Source of the DNA: Thalia democratica
Taxonomy: Eukaryota
Assembly (NCBI GenBank): GCA_965202585.1
Contig: OZ241829.1
Coordinates: forward strand, 26,350,001 to 26,414,000
Direction of reading: 5' to 3'
DNA: 64,000 nt
Within the stretch, counting starts at the first letter, position 1; each line of letters starts with the position of its first letter. This document shows, in pieces, positions 1 through 10,500 of this stretch. The notes below the pieces were generated by a model, which worked only from the letters and a program-made list of their open reading frames with translations, had not been told where the DNA came from and searched no databases. The position numbers were made by a program, and so were the translations under genes.

Positions 1-124
1 TTTGTACTTTTTTAATAGTTTGTTTAACTGGATGAAATAGAATACTTCTAGTTTTACCTATATTTAATTTAATTATATTTTCTTAAAGCCTATTTGAGAG
101 TATTTTAAAATAAAAATTAAGGTT

Positions 125-512
125 GTCACTGTCTTGTGAATATGTGTTGTTATTAAATGTTTTATATAGTAAGGTATCGTTAGAAAAATTTAATACTTTT
201 AAGCTAGTATTGTTCGGTAGGTCATTAATGTGTATAAGAAATAAAAGAGGTCCTAGGACTGAACTTTGTGGTACTCCTACGTCTATTTTTTTACGTCTTG
301 ATTCATACCCACAGAAATTAACATGTTATTCCCTTTAGTCAAGTAAGATTTAATTAACAATAGCATTTTCCCTCTTACAGCAAAACTCTTCTATTAACAC
401 TATCAAATGCTTTACTTAAATCGAGTAATACCGCACATACCGCTTCTCCCTTATAAAACCTGTTCAGAACACCTTCTACAAATTCAGACAAAGCCATTGT
501 AGTAGAGTGATT
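125..512 (-). mobile_element. Decayed CR1/L2-type non-LTR retrotransposon reverse-transcriptase fragment
   Basis: Minus-strand translation gives NHSTTMALSEFVE...VCAVLLDLSKAFDSVN and, after disruption, GVPQSSVLGPLLFLIHINDLP: degenerate versions of the DLSKAFD and GVPQGSVLGPLLFLIYINDL RT motifs. Stops and frameshifts present. Confidence 0.85.
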
Positions 513-649
513 ATCTAGATAATCTAATTGTGAATTGTTAAAAATATTGTTTTTAGTAAAAAAACTATATACAATAGTTAAACTTACACAAAAAAAAGTT
601 TAAAAAGTTGCATCATCTTACTAAATTGTACTTTTACAATTTTACCTTT

Positions 650-990
650 TATAAATCAGTGTTTTAGCTAAGTTTATTTTTGATTTTAGTCTATTCATCT
701 AAAACTTTTCTTAGCGGTCTAAGTTCTGAAAACTTAGTTGTTCTAGGAAAGCGACTATGTATGCGTCATTAATGTTAAAGTTTTATAATTTTTCTTGTGG
801 TTATAATAATAATGCCTGTATAATGCAGATTAATCTGGATCATCTTTTTTGTTAAAGTTTAGTTTCAACTTTAATTCCAATTTTTTCCAGTGATGTCCAT
901 CTATTACTAAAATTACTTAACGTTTGTCCTACGTAATTACTGTAATATTTTGTACATAAAGATCCGTAAATACCAAAACTCTTACAGGTC
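650..990 (-). mobile_element. GIY-YIG endonuclease remnant (Penelope-like)
   Basis: Minus strand reads FGIYGSLCTKYYSNYVGQTLSNFSNRW (GIY at 974-966; GIY...YVGQT...RW pattern), followed by degenerate sequence with stops. Confidence 0.65.
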
Positions 991-3900
991 AGATTTGGAT
1001 TCAGTTTTACTATTCAACCTTGAATGCTTAAATATTCTCTATCAAAAACCATATTTTTATGGTGACTATGGCTTTCGCATAGTTCATATTTTTGCATTTT
1101 CTTCTTTTTTTAGCAAAGAAGTACATTGCGGGCCGCAGATTTTTGCTTTGCAAGCTAAAGTTTACCGACCCCTGCACTATATTATTAGTAAATAAATGGA
1201 AAGATATTGTAACTTTTTGAGTCAGTGGTCCGGTCGTTTTTTTTTTTTATTTGCTTAGATCCGAATCTCAGTTCCGGAATTTATTTAGCAGTAGTTTTAG
1301 TGAACTATGTGTAACTAAACAATTAAAAATACTTTTTTTGTCGTATGTTGACGCAATTGAAAAAACTAGTAAATACATTGCATGTTCTAACAGCTAAACT
1401 TGATAAGTTAGTCAATTTGCAACCAAAGTTAGTCATATATAAAACATCTAAAAAGTATATGTACGGTTATAAACCTTAGTTTGTACATTAATTAAAAAAA
1501 TTTAAAAGTATAAAAGTTTTCTATATACTTTACTTAAAGTGCAAAAAGTGTACGTTAAAGTTAAAATGTTATTTAAATTACTAGTTTTTACAAGTAAAAT
1601 TTAATTTATTTTTGCAGTTATTTTAACTTTTGAAGTTTGTTATATTTAAAAGTCACTTAAGATTTAGACTAGAATATGATTTATTAAAGAACTTAATTTC
1701 AATCAACGTCAACCTTTACTTTAAAAGCTAGAAAATGTTTAACGCTTTAGTAGCACTAAAGTACAGAAAACTTTGTGCTCATCAATTTTACAAAAACATA
1801 GTAATAAGGAGTTAATCATTTATTTTAATTATTTTGATGTTATTAGTCTATTAGCTATTTAAAATTTTATAGTTTTAAAGTTAAGTTTATTGAACACAAT
1901 AAGTAAAATGGAGCTCAAAAGTTTAGTCTTAGTGTAAAGAAGAAACTTTCGGTCATCGAGCTACACACAACTATTTTACTTTAACTATTTTGAGCCAAAA
2001 AAAAAAAAACTTTTCTTTTAACATTAAAAAATCTACTTTAAAAAAATTAAAATATGAGAAAAACATACATTATTCAAAAATTAAATTACATTTAGCTTTG
2101 AAAAAGTTATCAGAAAAAAAAAAGTAAAAAATGTTTCGTTTAAAAAAACAAGCTTATGCCAATTTGATCGTTTAAAGTTGCAAAAAAAATGATCAAAATC
2201 TTTAGGGCTTTATGCTCCTTTTTAGGGCCCCTCTTTAGACCTCTTAAGAGTTAAATGCTTCCAGAAAAACAGTATACTTTTAAATGTTTTAAGATTTTAA
2301 ATGTTTAAACTAAAAATACTCGCTTCCATTATAGATTCAACCTAAAAAACTAAGTAAAAAAAAACTAAAAAGAATAAATAAACTAAGAAGGTAAAATATT
2401 TGCTATAATGAACTATTTATATGAGTCAAATGACTAGCCTAGATTATTGAAATATTAAAAGTAACTTTAAAAAAATTTATGAAGCATTAATGTTAAATAC
2501 TACATAAATACACTCACTAAAATAAAATATAAACTAATATAATCGTAATAAAAAAATCTTTAAGATGTTAGTGTATAACGCAAATTATTAATCTTAAATT
2601 CTTAAGTTAATATGAACTTAAAGTGTTCTACAAACTTTTGAAGTACATTTTTACAAACTTGCAACAACACATTTTAAATGGTAAAAACGTATGATATTTT
2701 ATTTTATAAACTTTTTATAGAAAACTATCAGTGCTAACAAACAAATAAAAGCTACAAATAAGTTTGTATTTTTTATATAGACAATTGTAAAGACATAATA
2801 CTTTTAACTACTCAAATACAGACAATTTATTTGAAAAGTTTGTTTTGCTGAGTGGCCAAAAGAGAAATAAATTTTGCATTATAAAAGTTCCAAACACTTT
2901 ATAAAGTACAGTAGATTTTTCGTCTATAACAAAGAAAATTAATAAATAATAACTTTAAAGCATAAATACAAAATAAAAGAAGATACATGGACCTGAAATA
3001 CAGAATTGATGAAATAAAAGTTCATTTGTTAAAATTTTGAGTAAATAACAGAACTTGAGTAACAGCAAAATGTTTGCGATAGTAATAAGACTAAAGTAGA
3101 GACATTTTTTATATATGTTGTATATTGTAAAGTTTAAAAATTTTAAATATAACATTAGAACGTTAAAAAAATACGAGTACTCTGTTCACTGAGTATTTTT
3201 AGTATATAAAAAATTTATTTTACATTAAAACTGATGTAGACTGAGTATTTTAAAAGAACTAAAAGTTTTAGAAAAATATCCATAGTGGTGGTGATAGTTC
3301 GTTGCAATAATTTTTAATTGAAGTATGCAAAAAATTCAATATACTCTAAATTTGTATCAAGTTTTCTAATAGAATGTGATGTAATATTAATTAAATTGAA
3401 CTAGTATCTGTTTGAAATAAGTGTTAAACTAAGCGATTATAGCAAAGTCAACTTTAGATATACAGTTACTTGTTTTTGTTTTGCATTCGGAATATTTGAT
3501 TAATAATAAATAATATATTGAACCTGAGTTGTTTTCCTTTATAATTTTATTCTTTAAAAAAATTTACATATGAAAATTAAAAATACTTATCAACTCGTGA
3601 GAAAAATTGTAAATAATTTTGAAAACATTGGTTTTTGTTTAAAAAATTCGTCCCTGGTAAGTGGTAATAGTTTTAGTAAACTTTCACTTACCCACAATGC
3701 TCTAAAATTTTGAGTAAAATATTCTTAGCTCAAATGATATTGGTAGAAAAACAAAAATAAAATGAAATCAGGTAAAATTAGCGCTTTATTAAGTGATTTT
3801 GCTAATTGTTGATTTTCCTAATCTTAAAACAATTTGTTTCAAAATATGAAATTAAAATTGTTCTATTACTGTTTATTATGTACAAAAACAACTTTTAGTG

Positions 3901-6047
3901 CTATAAATCATTTTATACTTTCTGCAAGTTACACTAATAAAAAATATTTATAAGTAAACCCTTCTGAATTCTTAGGAAGGTTCTAATTTTCATATCAACC
4001 TAGAATAGATATACTACTTAATACAATTTATGTAATTTTTAAGTTATACCAGAGTTGCTTCAGCTACATGCTAACTCCTACTAGTTAGTTATGAGACTCA
4101 GACTAATTAAAGTCCTTTTTATTTACACAACTTAGACTTGAATGTAGCGTTTATTTTGTAAAAACCAAAGCTGTTACAGTTTTAATTAAAGTATTCACAT
4201 CAGGCTATTTTTTTATAAAAAAGAATGATGTTTCCTCGAAGTAGTGTTTTTTCATTAGTGTCTTTTTGGGCTTTTTGTTTTACTAGGCTAAAACTTTGTA
4301 CATATAAAGTCATCTTAACAAAGTTTATAAAACAAAAACTAAAGAGTAGTTTTTACAAACGAAACAGTTTGTATCTATTTTTGAAAATTCCAGGTCAGAA
4401 TATAAATTTTATTAAATTTAATCTAGTAAGATTAGTTTCTCATACAAATGAGTTCTATAAATTAAAAAATACATATATACAAACAAAACTAAAACTAGTT
4501 ATGATTGTAGCATAGACTTTTTACAGCTTTAGTTTGCGATTATTATACAAAATACAACTTAATTTACTAATTTTATTAAAACTTAAACTAACCCAAAAGT
4601 TTGTTTACTAATTAATCATTTTTACCTTAGCAAATTTTCCAACTTTAAAAGCAGTAGTTTTATTTTTTTTTAAAGTATCCAAAAGAAAATAAACAAACGG
4701 TTATATATATTTAAAAAAAGTAATTTTAACAATTTTGTTCTTATTTTTAGTGAAAAATAAATTTAATTAGCTAGTACTCAACTTTAGTGTTTCAAGATGT
4801 TTATAAAAATCCTCTAATTCTTGTTTACATCTAGCAAATAAGTAGAAAGCATGTTTATTAAAACAGATCCTTGGACCAAAATATTTTAACGTTTTTTTGT
4901 AGTTCAATAAACTAAACTTAATTTAACCTTAGCTTAGAGAAATCTTAAATTAATTAAGTTAGTCGTTCAAAACTTGAAAATGATTTGGGAATAAAATATA
5001 TTTCATAATAATTTATTGTCTGTTTATAGTATATATTAAAAATGAAGAATTCTTTGAAGTTTTAAGGAAACATAAACTAATTGATCTATTTAAAAACTAA
5101 AAAAATTGTTAACAACTTCAAAATACTTATAAACATTTAGCATATAGCTACATACTTTTTTTTTTTTAATTTGTTGACTTAAAAGCTAATGCAAGGTAAC
5201 ATAGCTTTTGATTTTACCTAATAAGTAATAATTTTACAATTGAAAACATAATAAATAAGATATTATTCATTTGTGTATAAGCAAACAAAACAAAAACAAA
5301 ATAAAACAGGTGCATGTTTTATAAATTTAAAAATAAGTAAACCTTTATGTACTGTTTTAGTTGAAAAATAAATATGCTATTTTGCAGATGAGGTTTCATG
5401 AATGAGTTTTGAAAAGTAATATTTTTATATGATCGGAAAAAAATTATTAAAAATGCTCAATCTAAGATGAAATTATTCTTCCGATTTGGAATAAAGTATT
5501 TGAATAACTTCTCTATGGAATCGAGAACTATAATTTTTTAACGATTATTGTTTTGCGTCATTTTTTTTTTTTTCATTGAAAATTGTCAGTGTGATTCCTG
5601 TAAAAATATTAGTACCGTTCTAGAAGAACCGTAAAAAAAAGTCATAATAAGTGTATAAAAGTTTACAAAAAGTAGATAATTAGTTGAAATTTAACTGTAA
5701 TCATACTTACTATAAGTCTAAAACCTGCTTCTAAACTAAAAGCTTCAAAGTAAAGCAAGTAGTTTAACAAGCATACTTTACACTTCATTTTGAACTTGAC
5801 AAATAAACTGAAGGTAGTATATTTTCCTACGCTTTGTACAATTTATCAAAATGTTAAATATTATAAAACTACAAGTTTAAAATACTTACATTACAACTTG
5901 AATTGAAAACAATAAAAAGTTGGTTAATTTTGGTTAAGTAAAGTTACTGTACGTACACTAATTGTGAATTAAAGCGTTTATAAAATAAAATGAGGTTACG
6001 TACTATATAAATAAATTTTCGAATAGTTTGGTTTTGGTACTGGTTTT

Positions 6048-6869
6048 AACTAAAAAGTTTAAACATAAGTCACTCATTTAAAATGGTTTATCAATTAATT
6101 TCGTTTAGCACTTCATCAGAATAAACTTGCTAAATACTGATACTAATATAGTGCAAGTTTAGTTATAAACAGTAATTTTGAAATACATGGCTAAAAATTT
6201 TTACGTCGTAAAGCTTAAAAGTGTGTTTAAAATGTTTAAATTACAGTTTAATTATATTTAGCTTGCTTGAAGTTGTTTGTAAAACAAAAATGTTAAAACA
6301 AAAACATTTAATATAGTAGAAATCTTCCAAGAGCACCTCCTCAACAACCCTGTTTGTGCTGAGAACTACCTGGATAGTAGGTTCAAAATCCTATCCATAG
6401 CGAGAAACACTTACCATCTCTCAGTTTTAGAATATTTGTTTAATAGAACTAGTGAGCCGAAAAATTGCAAACAAAGAGATTTTTACAGTTTAAACTTTAT
6501 AAATTGCATCTTTTAATATTATTGTTGTCGTTTATTGTCGTATTTTTGTAACGTACTTTTTATTTAGTCTTATTTAATTTTGTTTCAGGTAAAATTTCTA
6601 CTACATTAAATGTTTTTGTTTTAACATTTTTGTTTTACAAACAACTTCAAGTAAGCTAAGTATAATTCAACTGTAGTTTAAACATTTTAAACACACTTTT
6701 ATGCTTTATGACGTAACGACTTTTAGCTATGTATTTCAAAATTACTGTTTTTAACTAAATATGCACTATATTAGTATCAGTTTTTAGCAAGTTTATTCTG
6801 ATAGAGTAGTAACAAAATTAATTTTTAAACATTTATTAGATGAGTGACTTATGTTTAAACTTTTTAGTT
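6048..6869. repeat. Long inverted repeat (foldback/MITE-like), two 276-bp arms around a 270-bp spacer
   Basis: 6048-6323 (aactaaaaagtttaaacataagtcactcat...atagtagaaat) is the imperfect reverse complement of 6594-6869 (atttctactac...atgagtgacttatgtttaaactttttagtt). Confidence 0.85.
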
Positions 6870-7512
6870 GTATAAATAAACAAATCATAACAAATATTTA
6901 AGAAAAGTATTAGTTTTAAACCTAATGAAATAAGTTAAGTTTATTTTCACTGTCAACTTAATTTAACTCTGATTTTATTATAGTTTGTATGTGATAACAG
7001 CTACATGGAACATAAAAAAATAGATAAACATTTGAAATTTAACAAATTTTGTGTGCCAATTTACGTTTAAATATATAAATTTAAGCATATAGTTTATACA
7101 GTTTTAATTTCAATAAAAGTAAAAAAAGTTGTAAAAAAGATTTTAAAAACTATTTAATCAGTTAAAAATTTTGCTAAACCTATAATATAACTTACTAAAG
7201 ATTAAAAATAGACAATTTTCGACAAGTACTTGTATATTAAAAAAATCAACAAATAGCTGTAAGTGAATAAGCTCATTAATAGTAGTTTTCAACTCATACA
7301 AGTATTTTATTAACATTTAAAAATAATTTTAATAAACTTTGAAGCTATCTAATTCAAGAAAATTAACACTTGTGCAAAACTTAAGTTTACTATCAGTACT
7401 TAAATATACTAAGACAACTATTTTCAGCAAAAATAAAAAATACTAATGGTCATGTTGTGATTAAAGAAATTATACGTTCAAGCTTTACTACTTCAATTAG
7501 AACCTTTTTTTA

Positions 7513-10500
7513 TTACCTGAATACAAGATCATAAATTTTTCAAGTTATTTTATTTGACACTAAAAAGTGTGTGTTCTAATCATACTAAAATAAAAGTTAT
7601 GTTTTTACACACAAAAACTAAACTTATTTAGTAGAGAACTTAGTATGAATAAAATTTTATGATCTGACATTTGTATGATCCTTTTTTTAATTTAGAAAAT
7701 AATTAATTTACCTGAATTCACTAATCATGTCTTCGTGAGCTTTAGTCACAATGTTTTCTCCAAAAACTTTTGCATTGAACTCTTCTTTAAACTTTTCTGT
7801 AATACAAATTTTTTGTTGCTGTAGTTGAAGGTTTAGCATTTATAATGTATAATAGAGGTGGTGAGAACAAAGCTTTTAAACATACAAGATCTTATTTTGT
7901 CAATCAAATTGATTTATAGTACGAAATAACTCTGATGAGTGGTGTTTGACGTTTCTTAAACTAGCTTAGTAAAGATCATATCTTTGGGTAAACAACATTT
8001 TAACAGATTGACTAAACAGAAAAAAAGTTAGACATCATGAATTAACTTTTAATAAAAGAATAAGATAACCTGTATGCTGTTGAGGAGATATAATCTTGTA
8101 GTCATAATTGAGCTTTAATTCATCCATCAAATGTTTATGTTTCTCTTCCATTTGTTCATACGTGATTTGGCTGTATTCGTAGTTTTTAAAAGACAGGCTT
8201 GAAGGTTCTGATTTTCCAGATGGATTGTAAATACCTGGGCAGTTAAATACTTAAAGCAAAAAGAAAAACTTTTTAGTTTTTTTTAAAATAAACTTTACTT
8301 CAAGCAACAGTTGAAAATAGTATACATTGTTAACATTTGTTTTTATAATTAGTTAAATCAACAGGCTAGTTTACGTCTTAAGTTTCGAAATTTTACTGCA
8401 CAGATTATAGAATAACCATTTGAGTGTAAAACATGTCTAACAAAATCATTCACAAAAAAATCAATCTGACCAAGTTTAAAGTACGGGACCCTGCCTTGCG
8501 CGTTGTTGCCCACCGGAAGCTTTTCATCGACGACTGTGACGTCATTAACTAGCAACCTGACCCACCCCAATGACGTCATAATACCAGGGTCCGTCTTGTT
8601 TTCGCCCAGCGCGTACTCTGACCACTTGATGCGCCACTCAATTTCGTTCCAACCGCCGACGTTCAGCTCCGTCATCGGGTGCTTCAGCAAGATTCGAGCC
8701 TTCATTGTTTTATTATGAAAATACTTAAACCGTGTGCTTTTTACTTTTGAGATTACGATAAAAAGTTTTCGACTTAAAAGTAACGAGAATAACATATATT
8801 AAGTGACAATAGTTTGATTAATTAGTATTTTTTTTTTTTAAAGAATTTATTTTATATCAACCGTGACTGTGTACAAGTTTAACATTAAAACAAAATCAAG
8901 ATTAAAAAACATAACAATATTTTTATATCTAGCAAAATTATATTTACTTATGCTATGCTTTTTACTTTTACAATAAAAAGTTCTCCAATTAAAAGTAACG
9001 AGAATATTATAACTTAAGTGACAATAGTTAGATTAATTAATAATTTGTTTATTAAAAAAAAAACTTTTTTTAATATCAACTGTAACTGTGTACAAGTTTA
9101 ACATTAAAAAAAAATTGAATAGTATCACAATATTTTTTTTCTAGCAAAATTATATTTACTAACTTTATTTAATAAGATTAAATAATTTGAGTGAAAACAG
9201 AAAAATGCAAAATTAAAATAGTAACTATCTAAGTAACTTTATTAGATTGCTGATGACACTTTTAATAAGCATAAAACATTTACTTAAGGTTTATATTTTA
9301 ATAAAATTTTTTGAAACTTTATAATGTTTTAGCCTAATTTTTTTTTTTTGATATTTTTCTTACACACAAAGCTTAAAAAAATAAACAATTTTCTGTAATA
9401 TGGAAAAAATAGACTGTTTACTTTTGTAAGCAGAAGCCTGAGATAAAACACAACACAAGTTAAAACAAACGGAACCATAAAATAAAATAATTATAAAACT
9501 AAGAAACTTTCAAATTAAAACTGACTGTTTTTGCAAACACTGGTAAATTTGTACAGATATGGATGGTGAGAACGTAAAAGCAACAACTTTATCGTGTCAC
9601 AAACACATCAAAAAAAAATTTCATTTTCATCACCTACTTTCCCAAGCTTAAGTATACAAAACTAATACTTGCGTAATACAAAACTGATAGAAAAGATATG
9701 AATAGTCTTTTTAGGCAAAACATACATTTGCAATTAAGTTTACTCGCAATTTTTCAAGAGTATGGCCTTCCGCTTAGGTACGCATTTTTAACACAGAGCT
9801 AAAAGTGCAAATCCAATAAATGCGTACCTAAGTGGCAGGTTATACACTTTTTATGCCTGCTTTCATTTTGAAATAACGCTAAGGTGCGTACCCAACCGGC
9901 AGTGCGTACCTTAGCAGCAGTACACTGTGCAAACACTTTGTACCTTCTTTCGTTTTGAAAACAGCGCAAAAGTGCGTTTTAAGCCGGCAGTGCGTATCTA
10001 ATAAATGCGTACCTAAGCGGCAAGTTACTGCAAAAATTTTAAACCTGCTTTCCCAAGCCGTCGCTCGTCTCGGGGCAGTGCCTCGCTTCCCCGACTTCTC
10101 CCCTCGCAGAAATGTGGCAGTCCCCGGTCGAGACAAAGTAGCTGGGATCCGATCTCGCCTTGACCACCAAGTGCCCGTTGTAAACGCTGAGAGAAAGAGG
10201 GGGGTATCCCCCTTTCTGATACCTCACCTTCATTTTAGGGTTGAGCCCCCGAAGCACTCCTGTGGAATGGAGATGTTTTTTTTTTGTTTCGTAACGTGTA
10301 AAGTATTTTTAATTTTTCCAAATGAGTTTTTTAATTTTTCAAAAGCGTTAGCTAGTTTGAAATGGTCATAAAATGGAAATAATTTTGTCCTGATGTGTAT
10401 TAAGATAAATATAAAAAAATTCAGAAAGTTAAAATCTTGTATTAGAATAATAAAAAGCTCTTATTAAACTGTATCCGTGGTGCACGACTCGATAACCGAA

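Noticed and set aside
1200-6000. Short ORFs 2955-3155 and 4225-4515 and scattered splice-like sites
   Set aside because: AT-rich low-complexity translations with no motifs or phase-consistent exon chain.
6370-6420. tRNA gene in the inverted-repeat spacer
   Set aside because: Only a B-box-like ggttcaaaatcc is present; no cloverleaf or A-box could be built.
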